A stretch of 64,000 bases of DNA from the human T2T-CHM13v2.0 reference genome, Homo sapiens. The position numbers and the translations under genes are program-made. Where the stretch lies: NCBI RefSeq assembly GCF_009914755.1, contig NC_060926.1. One strand, given 5' to 3'. Below, in pieces: positions 1 to 25,061 of this stretch. Every line of letters starts with the position of its first letter. Within the stretch, counting starts at the first letter, position 1. The notes below the pieces were generated by a model. That model was not told where the DNA came from. It did not search any database and saw only the letters and a list, made by a program, of their open reading frames with translations.

Positions 1-4160
<4,160 letters not shown>

Positions 4161-4447
4161 GGAATAAAGCCAGGCAGAGTTCCTACTGCCAGAAAGAGAG
4201 AGGGAGAGAGAGAGAAAGAAAGAAATTAACAAAACAGCCAGGCAGAGTAGCTCACACCTGTAATTCCAACACTTTGGAAGGCTGAGGTGGGAAGATCTTG
4301 AGCCCAGGAGGTCAAGGCTGCAGTGAGCCGTGATTGCACCACTGCATTCCAGCCTGGGCAACAAAGCAAGACCCTGTATCCAATTAACAAAAAAAAAAAA
4401 AAAAAGGAAGAAAAGAAATTACTGAAATAAAGAAAATAACAATAGTC

Positions 4448-10245
<5,798 letters not shown>

Positions 10246-10248
10246 AAC

Positions 10249-10565
10249 CTGTTATGGACAAAACTGTGTCCCCTCCAAATTCATACGTTGAACCCTAACC
10301 CCCTAGTGTGACTATATTTGGAGATAGGACCTTTAAAGAGGTAATTAAGGTTAAATGGGGTTATAAGGATAGGATCCTAATCCAACATGACTGGTGTCCT
10401 TATAAGAATAGGGAGAGACACCAAGGATGTGCATGCACAGAAGAAAGGCCATGTGAGAATGTAGCAAGAAGGCAGACATTTGCAGACCAAGGAGAGAAGC
10501 CCCAGAAGAAACCAAACCTTCCGGCACTGTGATCTTAGATTTCCAGTCTCCAGAACTGTGAGAAA
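10249..10565 (+). mobile_element. MaLR LTR fragment (MLT1A/B-like)
   Basis: Starts TGTTATGGAC...TGTGTCCCCTCCAAATTCAT; ends CCAGTCTCCAGAACTGTGAGAA. Confidence 0.75.
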
Positions 10566-10964
10566 ATCATTCAGAGGGAAATAAACAAATCCACAGTTAC
10601 AGAGGAAGATTTTAACATGTCTTTCAGTATTTGAGAGATCAAGAATACAAATATAGTAAGGATTTATAAGACTTGACTGACACTATTAACAAGCCTAATC
10701 TGTAAATATATATAACATACATATATGTGTCCACCAAGAAGTGAGCACAGATGCTTTTCAAGGTCATGTAGAATATTATCAAATATTGATTACATAATCT
10801 GCCACTAAGCAATTCTTAGCAGATAACAAAGAATTAATTATCATAAGCCATTTTATCTGATCACAATATTAGAAACATTAGACAATAAGATATTAGACAC
10901 AACAAAGTAAAAATAGACTAATAACCTCAAGTCCCCTGCACATTGGAAAGTTTTTTAAAACTTC

Positions 10965-11262
10965 AGGTCAAGTGTGGTGGCTCATGCCTCTAATCCTAGC
11001 ACTTTGGGAGGTTGAGGTGGGAGGATCACTTGAGGCCAGGAGATCAAGACCAGCTTGGGCAATATAGTAAGACTCCATTGCTACAAAAATATTAAAAATT
11101 AGCTGGGTGTGGTGACTCACACTTGTAGTGTTAGCCACTTGGAGGCTGAGACAGATGGATCACCTGTGCCCAGGAATTGGAGGCTGCGGTGAGCTATGAT
11201 TGTACCACTGCACTCCAGCCTAGGAACAGAGTGAGACTCTGTCTCAAACAAACAGACAAACA
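10965..11262 (+). mobile_element. AluJ
   Basis: Diverged Alu dimer with (CAAA)n tail. Confidence 0.85.
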
Positions 11263-12033
11263 AACTTTAGTAATTAAAAATAAATCATAATGAAACGAGA
11301 TGATATTAAAAACTGAATGGCAATGAAAGGATTATCTCAAAACTTGTGGGCTGCAGGTGGCTGCACCCAAAAAAATAGAAATTTCCAGTCTTCAATGCAT
11401 AGAAAAGAAATAAAATCATGAAATGTGATACATTTATTCTAAAATTCATCTGAGACAGGTTAATAAGGACCAAGTACAGTCCAGATAATTTGAGGGAACA
11501 TTAATTCTTCCAGATATCAAGACTCAACATAAAATTATAATAGCTACAAGAGTGTGTTATTGACAAGGGGATAAATTGACCAATGGAGCAGAATGTATGG
11601 GAACTTATTTTTATGACAAAGTAGACTTGACTTATATTTCAGAGAAGAAAGGACAACGGATATCTATTCACAAAAATAAAAATTATATGTCTACTTCGAA
11701 CTGCACAAAATCAATCTCAAGTAGGTTAAAGTCCTAAATGTAAATGGCAAAATTTCACATACTTTCAAACATTTAGAAGAACTTTTAAATGAAAATATAG
11801 GAAAATATCTCTCTGGCCTTGGGATTGTATAGGATTTCTTAAAGAAGACATAAAAGTATAAACTATATAGGAAAATATTGATAATAATTCTGAGTATATC
11901 AGAACTGAACATGTCTGTTTATACTGCAAGGAAGGTGAAAAGACAAGCCACAGACAAGGACAATATAATTGTAATATCTTTAAGAGGATTATTATCAAGA
12001 ATACATAGAGAATTCCGTTAAAAATCAATATGA

Positions 12034-12335
12034 AGGCAGGGTGTGGTGGCTCAGGCCTGTGATCCCAGCACTTTGGGAGGGCAAGGTGGGTGGATCATGA
12101 GGTCAAGAGATCGAGAACAGCCTGGCCAACATGGTGAAACCCCATCTCTACTAAATACAAAAAAAAAACTAGTTGGCCAGGGTGGTGCGCACCTGTAGTC
12201 CCAGCTACTTGGGAGGTTGAGGCAGGAGAATCACTTGAATCTGGAAAGCGGAGGTTGCAGTGAGCCAAGATCACGCCACTCTCCTGCACTCCAGCCTGGC
12301 GACAGAGCGAGACTCCATCTCAAAAAAATATATAT
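12034..12335 (+). mobile_element. AluS
   Basis: Alu dimer with A/TA tail. Confidence 0.88.
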
Positions 12336-13455
12336 ATATGAAAAAGATAAGCTATGCAATAGAAAAATGGCCAAAGTTTACAAAAATTTCATTCAAGAGA
12401 AATTCAAGAAAATGTTCATAGAGGAAGAATCCTAAATGGCAAAGAAACATGAAAAGGTCCTCAATTTCACTTGCAATCAAGGAAGCACAAGACAAAAAGT
12501 ATGGAAAAAATTGTCTGACAATATCAAGTATTGATTCATATTTGAGAAAATAACTCAGGATTTCTTATGGCAGAATGACACTTTAGAGAGCAATTTGACA
12601 AAAACTTAGAAGAGCTGAAATTGCACATATCTTGGATCTACTCCAGGCATATAGCTTTTTAAAATTCACTTCCAGGCATAAATATAGGGAAACATGTAGT
12701 CAAGGAGAAATGTAAAAGGTTTGTTGCAGTGTTTTATCACAGAAAAAAGTGAAAAAAAATTAACTTTCCTTCAATATGGGAATGAATTTTAAAAAGGGAA
12801 TATTTATACAATGAATATATGCAACTGTTTGAGTAAAGCAGTACACTATATATATATCAAAATAGATGTGTCAAAATTATAATATTGAGCAAAGAGGGCA
12901 AGTTGCAAATGAATATCTCCAACTATGTTTGTTTTCACTTAAATAAAAACCAAAACATACCAAATAACATTATACATTATTTGTGGGTGTAAGATTGTAG
13001 AAAAAGTATAAACATATGCAAAGGAGTTAGACACACTGACAGGAAAGTTATGCACACCAGCAACTAGGGAGGTAGGAGGGAAAAGGATGAGAGAAGTTTT
13101 ATCTGTAATGTTTTATTTCTTTAAACAAGGAGACATTTGAAGCAAACATGGCAAAATGTTAGTATCCTTACATGTGGGAGCTGGGGATATGTTTATCTGT
13201 TTTGTTACTTTTGCACTTTTATGGTATGTTTGAAATAGTTTCTAATTTTAACAAATGCTAATGATTGTTCTGGATGTAGGGTAGATAAGAGATTGTAGAA
13301 GAATCAAAGTATAAGGAGAATGGTTAGCATGCTACAATTCACAGTACATTTAAATAATTTACGTGTTTGTTCATACATTTAATTTATGGAAGGCCAAACA
13401 AAACTCTTTTAAATATGATGCAGGATGTATTATAAGCATATTTTTCCAAACTTAC

Positions 13456-13641
13456 TTGCTCAACCTCTCTGTTGAGGGAATCTACTTTTTCTTTTAATCT
13501 GTTACCCTCTGCCTCAGCAGTGATAAGTTCCAGTTTGAGGGTATTGTTATCTGCCTCTGATTGACGGGCTTTATTTTCCCAGTTTTCAGCATCTTCATTG
13601 GCTTTTCGAAGTTGTTCCATCATTTGCCGGTTCTCAGATTC
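13456..13641 (-). CDS. TSGA10: TSGA10 coding exon (ESENRQMMEQLRKANED...NREVEQ); the gene continues left of the window
   Basis: 186 nt, CAG|GAA ... CAA|GTAAGT, phase 0-0. Confidence 0.95.
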
Positions 13642-16086
13642 CTGAAAAGCAAACTTTAGCTATTACTTTAAAATGCTGAACATATGATAAAAATTAAACA
13701 TTATTATCCAAGTCATTGGGAATTCACTTGCCATGAGAAGCGTTTATAATAGAACCCTGAGGAAATATATCTATACTCTTAGTTTAGAAAACAGGTCATC
13801 CTGTAATTAACAAAGACTGCAATCAGCATCTGCCCTGGCTCCTGAGTAACACTCAGTGAACACTAGTAAATAGTAAATTTAGGTAAATTACTCTTTTCTT
13901 CAAGACCTGAATGAATTTGTTCTTATATTTCCTTTTGTTTGAAGTCCTCCACAGCCTGCTTTTCCCATATGTCTGCTTACTGACTACTTGCTGGTCTGGA
14001 TTCTGAGCCTCTGACCTTTCGTACTGGTGTATTCCCTTGTTCTTGACCAATTTACCGGGCTGTGCTGGCTACAGAGCTTCTGAGTACTTGCATATTTTAA
14101 ATGTCAGCTTCTGATAATTTCCTGTCTGGTGTCTGCCTTTTATTCATAGCCCCAGCCTTAATTATCTTGATCATGAACTGTTCTATGATTATCTTTTACC
14201 TGCTAGTCTAGTAACTTTCCCTGCCAGTCTAGTAACTTTCCTGAAATTGCTCAGAAGTAAACTATCAAACCTATGCCAATAAACACTAGTTGTAAATATG
14301 CATTCATGTATAAATTGAGCATACAATAAGAACCAGATTTTTTGAACTTTCAAAATTCTATCATGAGCAGAGTAACTGAAGTAGGGTCTGATTTCTAGTA
14401 GGGAAATAAGGAGGGAAAAAAATTCAGCTCCACAAACAATATAATAGACCCAGTAATCATTATTAGGCTATTTAAAAAAATATTTTATTATGGTTTGGTG
14501 AATTCATTCTAAAAAATTAGTTGTAATTTTGGTAATTTTTTAAAAGGCACTAGATCTCTTTCTCTCCTGTTAATAAATAGTGCACGTCCCTATCAGAAAT
14601 CCTGGGCTAAATAAAATGACCAAATTGCAATAAATAATGTCTAATACTCCTTTCAAATCAGATAAGCCATTTCCTGATTATGTTTACTGGTGGAAATTCA
14701 GCTAATATTGCCACCTTGTGGCCTCTAATGTGAAAGATCTTTGCCAAGTCTGTGTTAGTCAACAATATACTAAACTACCTTATTGGCTTTCAAGATTCAG
14801 ATACTCCAACTGTGTCAGCAGGAACCTGATATGTGTTTTCCATGATTGTACTAACAATCATAGTTGTGTACAGAGTATGTACTTGGAGGGTGCTTGTACA
14901 ATATACTTAAACGAATTGTATTCACATTGATCTTTACCCTCTTTAACTTTGTGCAGTACTTACTGTCTATGTCATTCACTTAAAACTGCCTTACAGCTTT
15001 GTGTTGCTAGGTGTGGATGTAAAGCCTCCCTGATAACACCTTGTATTTCTCTAAAGCAGGAACCATTTTTATATTAAATTTAGTTCTGTGACCAGGTAGT
15101 ACATTATTCAAAGTGAAAAGGGATTCCGTAGAATGTCTCTCCTGTCCTCCAACCACCCAGTGCTCCCTCCTTCTTGGCAAGCAGAAAGCATATTTTACCC
15201 TTTTTCATATCCTCCCATAGAGGCCAGAGCAGTGTTGAGCATGAGAGGCAACACTATAAAGAAAATGAAACTGTTCTTTGGTATTCTCTATTTCCTGCTT
15301 TCAGGATCTCTTTACTTCTATATGGTGCCTCCCCTGTATCCACAGCTCCCTCTGGCCACCCACAAGTCTCACTGCAACACTCCATAGGCCTCAGCTGGAA
15401 TCCTTTGCATTTCTTGCCTAAATTATGGTTACAACCTCTTCTAACTGCTCTCTCCACTTCTGATTTTGTTACCCTTCTGGTTTATTCTTGACGTTTCCAA
15501 AATAAACTTCCTAAAAGGCAATCCTTAAATAACTTATATGTTTTAGTTCTAACAAAAGCTTCTGAAAATAGGGTTCAAAGAAGGTCTTTCTTACCTCTCC
15601 TTTATCATCCACTTGTACACACTACTCTACCTACAGGACCTACTTTTTCCCCTACACCTTTGCTCATGTTGTTCCCACTGCCTGGCAGTCATTCTGTTTC
15701 CTCTCCATTTTTCATCTCTGGCACTCCAGCACCTAGCACGCTGCATGAATGAGTGAATGAATGAAGTACTCCACACTTCTTGATGGTCTATCCCTATCAA
15801 AATGGATCCGTGGTTCATTCTCTCCGGGCCTGCATCCATCCAGTGTTATGCAATCTCATAAACAAATTCATACTAGGATGCTAAAATCCCCAGCACTTCG
15901 GAAGGCCGAGGTGGGAGGATCACTTGAGCCTAAGAAGCTTGATGTGTGATGTCTGAAAATATAATTCTAGAATCTAAAAGTTATAATCCCTAATGGTGGA
16001 ATTTCAGGTAATGTTACTAACAGACAAGGGAGATAAAGGGAAGTGTTTAACACTGGCTGAAAGCTTACTATGTTAAATGTTGCTCT

Positions 16087-16374
16087 GGGGTGAGTGCAGT
16101 GGCTCATGCCTGTAATCCCAGCACTTTGGGAGGCCGAGACAGGTGGATCACTTCAGGTCAGAAGTTCGAGACCAGACTGGCTAACATGGCGAAACCCCGT
16201 CTCTACTAAAAATACAAAAATTAGCCGGGCATGGTTGCATGCACCTGTAACCCCACCTACTCAGGAGGCAGGAGAATCGCTTGAACATGGGAGGCAAAGG
16301 TTGCAGTGAGCCACGATTGCACCACTGCACTCCAGCCTGGCAATACAGTGAGCCTGTCTCAAAAAAAAAAAAAA
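16087..16374 (+). mobile_element. AluS with TSD TGTTGCTCTGG
   Basis: Alu dimer and flanking direct repeat. Confidence 0.9.
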
Positions 16375-17404
16375 GTGTTGCTCTGGATATTCATTTATTT
16401 ATTTCTGACCTATTCTAGAATAGATTCAGATGGCTCACTGTGCTAGGTGTTTTAAATTATCTCACTTACTTGGGTGTTCTTCCCGATTACAGATGGGAAG
16501 AATCAGAGAGGCTGAGTAGCCTGCATAAATAAAAAGCCTTTTGTTCATTTATGGTATTACATTGCTGGAACCTTAAAATCAGGAAGTGTAGGAAACCACG
16601 TGCTTTTCCTACACAGGCTGCTTGCTGCCTGAAAGCAAGGATTGCAATTTAGAAATCCTTAGAATCTCTTCTGTCTCAAAGCCCTTAACAGTACTATGCA
16701 TACCATAAATAAATGTTCAAGATATGTTTGTGGACTGACATGAAATGATAAAATAGTATAGGTGGATTGATTATTATAATAGGTATAGTGTTACCTACAT
16801 ACCACTCAAACCATTAATGGGAACATCCTCCCTCAATTTTAGATAATATTTTACCTAATAGACATATCTAAAATCCTCAGTAAAGCTGCCTGTTTATTCC
16901 TGAGTTGCCACACATGCACCACACTTATTGGAGTCATCTGATGTCATGTACATGTGCCTGGTCAAATGATTGCTAACAGAGAGGTGTGAGGAGAACCATC
17001 TGCCTTGTGGTCCTAAAAAAAATAGATGGTCCCATAACAGGGTAACCAATTCTGATCTGCTACATAATCAGGTGGAACCTCTTTTGTCAGAGGTTTATAA
17101 CTGGAAACCCCACCACTTTCAATTAATTATAAGCGAGGTCAAATTGATTTTAGCCCTTTGTCCATCATCCAGTTAGGAAGATTCTGCTTGTCTAGAGTGG
17201 CAGAGTTGCAAAACAAAAGGGGCATATTCTCCAGGCATCTTTCTGAACATTCTAAATATGTAGTTAACCCACCATTGTCAAAACTAAAATATACTATGTA
17301 TTAAAGAAAGCTTTGATTCACCTGTCGTTCTGAGTATACCAACTTCTAAATTAACTCTAGTGAAAACTAAGTATCATGAGCAAAAAGAAAAAAAAAATAC
17401 ATAC

Positions 17405-17515
17405 TTCAGACTTTAATATATTCTTCAGCTTGTTAACCTCCAAATTAGTATCTTGAACCTTCTGTTTTATGTCATTAAGTTCATTATGAGTGTCATTCAA
17501 TTTTTTGGACAGTGC
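17405..17515 (-). CDS. TSGA10: TSGA10 coding exon (ALSKKLNDTHNEL...KNILKSE)
   Basis: 111 nt, TAG|GCA ... GAA|GTATGT, phase 0-0. Confidence 0.94.
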
Positions 17516-18154
17516 CTACGAAAAAAAGATAGGTATATTTGACTATGAAAAATAAAAAATTTCTATATCTCAAAAATACCATAAACAAATTTTTAAACAC
17601 TTGGAACAAATAAAATTAACATACCTAATATATAAACTCATATAAAAAAAGAAAACACATAAGCCCAATAGCAAGTGGGCAAATGACCCAAATAAGCAAT
17701 TCAAAAAAGGAAGCATAAGTAGGTAAGACCTGAAAAAAACTCTACTAGCAACTGAAGATATGCTAATTAAAACAACACATTACTATTCTGCTTATCAAAT
17801 TAATAAAGATTTAAAGCTATTCAGCTATGGTAAAGAATGGGCATTTCCATGTACTACTGGAGTAAATGTAGATTTGCAGAAAGCAAATCTGTGATCAGGA
17901 ATCTGGTGATGTATCAAGAGACAATTTTTAAATGCTCATAAAAACAAGAAAGACAAAAATGTTGATTATTTTTGAAGGTGGGAAATGGCACATGGGGATT
18001 CATTATATTTGAAAATGTCTATTTACATTTTTTTAATTTAAAAAAGAAACCTCAGCTGGGTGTTTTTCCTGTAATCCTGGCACTTTGGGAGGATCACTTG
18101 AGCCTAAGAGTTTGAGACCAGCCTGAACAACACAGTGGGAACCCAACTCTACAA

Positions 18155-18190
<36 letters not shown>

Positions 18191-20231
18191 AATTAAAAAG
18201 AAACCTGATAATCTGTGATTCACTCTGAAATGAAATCTAATAAAATTTAATGAGATGCTGTCATTAAGGCATTTGTTACAGTGACAATATTTATTCACAT
18301 TAAGTGAATCATGCAGTAAATAATAGTATATCTACATAGTGGCATAACCACATAATGGAATATTACATACCTGTGAGAAATGTTTGGAATGATTTTTAAT
18401 AATACAGGGAAATATTTGCCTATGTTAAGTGAAAAAAAAATCGTGCTAAAACACAAAAATACCTCATTATCCCAATTTGTTAAAAATTGTGGTATCAAGG
18501 ATAAATTTTTTTTAAGTTTCCACTTTCTCGTCTTCTGCAATACTGGTTCTTAACCTGTGGTCCACAGAGAGAGACCTCTCTTCTACCTTGGGCCTATGAC
18601 CATAACGAAGAAAAAACTACTTTTGAGCATATGTAAATTGTTATGACAACAGTTTTCTTCTGATTATAAAAAATGTTTACAAAGTTTGAACAAGGCAGGA
18701 AAATGCTTACAATATTATAGTAAGCTAATAATAGCTATAAAATATTTATTGAGTGATATACTGGACAGTACAGTAAGTGCTTTCCAGGTATAGTCTCACT
18801 TATTAACCATTTTTACAGATGCTACAGAGACTCAGAGAAGTTGGTTTATATGATCACACACGCAGAGAGCAAGATTCAACCCATGTGAATCTTACTCGAC
18901 TCTACTGCCTCTTCATGTAGAAAAAAGCATGATCTAAAGTGATAGGTGATTTTATCCCACTACATTAGAAAATGTGTATAAAAATAGTGTTAAAATTTTT
19001 AAGTGCACTGTATAGCAATTAAAAAAATATGTCAAATATAACAGTAACTGAGTATCAAAAACATGGGGGCTTTTCTAAACTCTTAACTTTTTGTTTAGAA
19101 AAAAGACTTTCTATAATAAGCTTCTATTTCTAAACCAATCAAAAAAATAGAAACTAAATTTCTAGGTTTTCATAAATAAGATATATCCACCTTTAGCCCA
19201 TATGCTCTAGCTGTAAAGAGTACACAAAGGCAAACCTTACAAATTCCCATGTTTTGGTTTTTATTGCTATTCATTAATTTTTTAAATAAACTTTTAGAAT
19301 AGTTTTAGATTTACAGAAAAGTTGTGAAGACATTATAAAGGGCACCTCTATTGTTAACATTTTACATTAGTATGGTGCATATGTCACAATTAATAAGCCA
19401 ATATTGACACATTATTATCTGAAGTCCATACTTTATTCAGATTTCTTTCCTTTTTTACATAATGTCCTTTTTCTATTCCAGGATCCCATTATTCATTTAC
19501 TTTTAAACAAAATACTTTAACATCTCAGATAATTTTTTATGATTAACAAAGCATTACAGCTTTATAGCTGTTTAAGTAAATTAATAATCTTCAACAGTTA
19601 AAGAACACAGACTTTCAGGATGCAAACTAAACACACTGAAAGTGATACAAAGTGGGGAAAACCATTTGGTCTTAAAAATTTTGAGAAGGGAAGAAATTTT
19701 CCAAATAGGATTTTTAAATGTTCACGTTAAAATAAATGTTATTGGAAATGAGAACTGCAGATTAGACTTAAATATATTGCCTTAGGGAGAAAGAGTAATT
19801 ATAAGAGGAACTTTCCTAAAAAGAATCACAGTGCTAATGAGAACCAAAAAACAAGGCACAGTCCATACATTCATACTTAAAACAGAATAATATGTAGTCC
19901 ATTTTTTTAAAAAAAAAAACACCTATTCTTTTCTTTAAGGTTTCTCAAGGTTTTTATTCTCATTTTTTGATTATTCAAATATTTATCCTTCAGCAAGGAA
20001 GTACTAAGCTTTAATACAAATATAGCCCTGTTCTCTCTTTTCTTTAATATTTAACCCTTTGTGTCTGAGAATTCCATTTAAAAATTATGTGGCCTATTTT
20101 GTTATTTTTTAAAAAAAAGAAAAGGCTAGTTCCAGTGTCTGAGCTCTTCTATAAAATAAAATGAGGGCTGTTCCTCACAAGAAATTCATATTTTTTTTTC
20201 TTGGAGAAAATGATTCTAGGAACAAGTGTAC

Positions 20232-20400
20232 CTGGTTTTCTTGTTTAGCTTTAGCAAACTGTTCCTGGAGATTGTCATTGTCATGAGCCAAGATATCTCT
20301 TTCCCTGGCGATCTGGGCCAGCTCATCATTTGTCTCATCCAATTGCCGACGCATTCTGGAAACGTCTTGTTCACACACAATTAGGGCCTCAGTACACTGT
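20232..20400 (-). CDS. TSGA10: TSGA10 coding exon (QCTEALIVCEQDVSRMRRQL...AKQENQ)
   Basis: 169 nt, TAG|A ... CAG|GTACAC, phase 2-0. Confidence 0.95.
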
Positions 20401-21543
20401 CTATTCCACAAATCAAAGAGTACATAAGAAGAGACATTTTACTGAAACAGAGCAACAAATTCTCACAAGACAGAAGATGGACAGTTAGTATGAAAACATT
20501 TGAAGAGATTTTAAACACGTTTGAATTTATAGGAATAAATACTGCAAAGACAGTGCATTAGAGTTTCTCAATGTTGCCATCATTTCGCTATGAAAAGGAT
20601 ACAAAGTATACATAATAGTCAATGATTTGCCAAATATTTCAAAACTTCTTACATCAAGTATTAGGAAGGCTTTCATCCTACTTCTGTTATGGCTTAGTCT
20701 CCTTTACAGATTCCTCTTCCTCTGCCCACTTAAAAATTAATGCTTTTCAGGGCTCAAGCCCTAGCCTCCCAATTATTCTCACTCTAACCCTTCTCTCAGA
20801 CAAACTCTATTCATATCCATGGTTCCCAACCCCATCTAGATCCAATGACTCCAAAATAATTATCTCCAGTTTTAGACCCTCTGTTATACTCCAGACTTAT
20901 ATTTAACTGCTTACTAGACATGTCTACAATAAGGTCCCAAAGGTTCTTCAAATTCAGAGGTAAAATCATTTTTTCTCCTCATACTTTCTTCATGTTCAGT
21001 ATTTGTCCCTGGCCAGAAACTTGGCATTTTCCTGGTGTCTCTCCCTCATACAAAAGCATTTCACTCCTTCTGTCCCACAACTCCTAAACCCCAATTTATC
21101 ACCACCTCTTCTGCTTAGGTATCTTTCTAACACAAAATTCTCCTCAGAATTCTTTAATGATTTCTTATTGCCCAAAGGATATAACCAATACTCATTTGTC
21201 TGTAACACAAGCCTCTGCCTGCCTATTTAGTCTCCTCCCTTCACTTCTCCCCTTACACTCTAGGTTTCAACAACACTCACCCACTTGTAGGTCAAGAGGC
21301 TTGTCAACATGATCTGTGGTTCTTTGCTATTCTTTCTACTTTAAATGCCCTTCCCTTCCCCTTATTTTACTTGGCAAACACCATCCCCTCTTTTAGTTCC
21401 TTAGACAGACTTAGGCCTCCTTTGATGAGAGAGTTAGCACCTTACACGTATCATTAAGCCCCTTGTTTCTTACTATCTTTGTACCTAACATGGTACTTGG
21501 CCCCCCAGTAAGAGCTCATATATTTGTTGCACGACTGATTTAC

Positions 21544-21599
21544 CTTGATGCCTGTTCCATCTCAGCAATGATATTCTTCATGCCTGAAATGGTCTTTTC
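21544..21599 (-). CDS. TSGA10: TSGA10 coding exon (EKTISGMKNIIAEMEQASR)
   Basis: 56 nt, AAG|GAA ... AG|GTAAAT, phase 0-2. Confidence 0.92.
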
Positions 21600-22459
21600 C
21601 TTGAAAAATAATATAAGTATTAAATAAAAAAATCTTAAGCTGTTATTTCTGTTAAAATTGAATGAACAAAAAGAAAATTTCCCTTTCCCTTTAGGTTTCC
21701 ATTTGGTTTTAAAAACATGTATGTCCTATTCTTTTCCACACTTTAAAGCCTAGTATATCAATGTGAATATTTGCACTGGGTAAAAATAGATTATGTTCAT
21801 TAAAGTAAAGGCTATACTTAGGTGTAATTATGAGATCAGTATATCAAATTCTTTGTCAAAAGATATTTTATGCAGTCACCCAGCAATACAAGAACCCTAT
21901 AACCACCTGTTTTTGGAGGCAAACCAATGGTTTGGCATTGGAGTATTGGCATTTTATACTGGGATTTAGAACTGGTTCTCTTGCTCACATTCTTTATGTT
22001 ATAAAACCCAGAGAAGCCAATCATGTATACCTAAATTTAGTTTTTAAGAATAATTTTGATTAAGTGTATTATTTATATTAGCCAGCAACAAAATCTTCAA
22101 AAAGCTGTTCCAATCCAATTACTTATAGAAGTATACTACTGATATTTAGGTGAGAGCTAATAAGAAGGTAAGCATTAGGCCTCGAGCAAAGGTAAGAAAA
22201 ATAAACTATATTTTCCTTTTTCAAAGGCGTGATGAGGGAGTAGAAGTAGTGGAGTCAGTCAAGGCAGAAATGGGTTTGAATATCTTAATGCCTTTAATAC
22301 CATTCCCACACCTCTTTTTAAAACTTCCATTGACCCTGAACTAGTCCAACTATAAACAGATACTTAGAGCTAACATTAGCCCTAAAAAAGTAAGAAAGTT
22401 ATTTCACTAAGTAATAACTAGATTTCACCTTGCCATTTGAATTTTCAAATTTTAAGTAA

Positions 22460-22863
<404 letters not shown>

Positions 22864-22885
22864 TAGCGTTAGTTTTACACATATT

Positions 22886-22888
<3 letters not shown>

Positions 22889-22922
<34 letters not shown>
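22889..22922. repeat. (GT)n microsatellite
   Basis: About 17 uninterrupted GT units. Confidence 0.95.
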
Positions 22923-22925
<3 letters not shown>

Positions 22926-23226
22926 ATCTTCCTTTATTCATGTGCTCTTCTCCAGGGTATTTTTAGCTACAGTTTCCCATTCTGCTTTCTCATGGAATGG
23001 TACAGATTCCACATCTGGCAGTAATAGATACTGGTGTGTTGTTAAAATATGCATTAAAAAAAAAAGTTAAACCCCTTCAAGAAGGACAAGCCAACGAAGG
23101 AAAAACTAAAAGACAAAATACTCCATAAAATGGAATGTTTACACATTTTTGAAATATAATTTAATACATTTCTAAACAAATTCTGAAAAGCTAGTTGAAC
23201 TAGTGCTTTTGAAAGTCTTTACTTGA

Positions 23227-23515
23227 GGCCGAATGCGGTGGCTTATGCCTGTAATCCCAGCACTTTGAGAGGGTGAGGCAGGCGGAACACGAGGTCAGGA
23301 GTTTGAGACCAGCCTGACCAACATGGTGAAACCCCATCTCTACTGAAAATACAAAAATTAGCCGGGTGCAGTGGTGGGCGCCTATAATCCCAGCTACTCA
23401 GGAGACTGAGGCAGGGAATCACTTGAACTCGGGTGGCGAGGGTTGCAGTGGGCTGAGATTGTGTCACTGCACTCCAACCTGGGTGACAGAGACTCCGTCT
23501 CAAAAAAAAAAAAAA
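23227..23515 (+). mobile_element. AluS
   Basis: Alu dimer with A tail. Confidence 0.9.
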
Positions 23516-25061
23516 GTCCTTTCTTGATTAACCTTAAAATATGTTTGATAAGCCTAAAAAGGGCTTCACTTTATCAATATAAGTGCATCTTAAAAAAAAA
23601 TACTCTAGAAACATTGTAAAGTATCCAGGGCAACAAAATTTCTGGGTTGAATCCAATAACATATACTCTTAGCCTATTTTTCTCTTAATATGACCCTAAT
23701 ACCACCATTTCTCAAATGTGCCATCATTCCTTGTACAACCTCAGTATGTTCTAAGATGTATTCCTTGTACAACTTCAAGGTTTAACAATTTTTTAAAATA
23801 ATATTTAATATTTCTTATTCAACCTCATATGTTGTCCAACTAGGGATGTAGATTCATGTTAACTGTCAAAATTCAGTCTGGACAGGATGGTGCTAAGTAT
23901 ATTTAGAAAAAATAAACTATAACTTTATTCAAATAATTCTGGTTTTTCTTACCCAAAAATCTATGAAGTTGCCATTGAGTTTTCTAATTTTAATTGGTAG
24001 CAAGTAGTAAAACATCTTTTTAAACCATGGATACTAGAAAAAAATCACTTTATTCACTATAATGTAGACTTTTCCATGATAATTTATTTCTGTAATCTCT
24101 ATATGAACAGTATTAGTTTTCACTGAGTAGCCTTTGTTAGTTCAGCTCTGAGGTATCATTATAGAGAACATTTCCTCTTTTGATTGCCTAATGGTACCTT
24201 GCAAGTTATTTTCCCTACAGAGGATGGATGTGTTTACTTTCATAAAATCTTATACAAAGTTCTTGATTTTGAAGTAGACTTGTAACTCAATATTGCTTGT
24301 GAAGGAAATATAACATTGTTACGGTTCGCAGAATGGAAGAAATGTGAAATATTAGATATAGCACAAGAAAATGAGATTTTGAAAGATGTGAAGAATTTTG
24401 CTTCTAAATGTTAGTGTTGTGAAAGGAAATCATGCTTAAATATTCAAAAATGTTTTGTATATAATGAGAAGCAAAATTCTACCTAAAAAACCTAAAATTT
24501 CAAAACAATGAGTCAGCCTTTTCCACAAGTATTTACCATCTCATGCCCTTTGATGACCTCAATTATGTTCATGATTCCCAAATCTATTAACTTTAATTAA
24601 ATTTTCCTCCAAACCTAAAAGTCCAAGAGCCTTTAAATATTTCAATATTTCACCTACATAACCCAAAGACAATTCAAACTCAACATGTCAATAACTTTCC
24701 TTTCTAAGCCTGTTCTAGTTCCTGTTTCTTCCTTCATACATAGGAACTATCCATGTGATTCTTAAGCCAGAAACCATACCTTGTCAATTTTACTTCCTTA
24801 AGAGACCTATTTCTCTCACTGATACTCCTACTATTCTAATATAGCTCTCAACACTGTTTTCTTAACTAGTGTCCCTGTCACTACTCTCATTTCCCTATAA
24901 TCCATCTTTTATATGAATTTACAAATGCCAGAATATTTGTTATAAAATAAAGACCTAATTGTAACATTTCATTATCATTATTTCAGTGACCCTCTATATC
25001 CATGATGATAGATCTCACACTCAACATCACATGTACTTTTATGATTTTTTTGCTTAACTAT

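Noticed and set aside
14199-14241. Short tandem duplication of AGTCTAGTAACTTTCC (a similar one lies near 23726-23770)
   Set aside because: Simple local duplication, common in genomic DNA, with no further structure
15133-15491. Overlapping ORFs of 84-105 aa in non-Alu intronic sequence
   Set aside because: No recognisable homology or splice context; lengths are compatible with chance in degenerate old repeats
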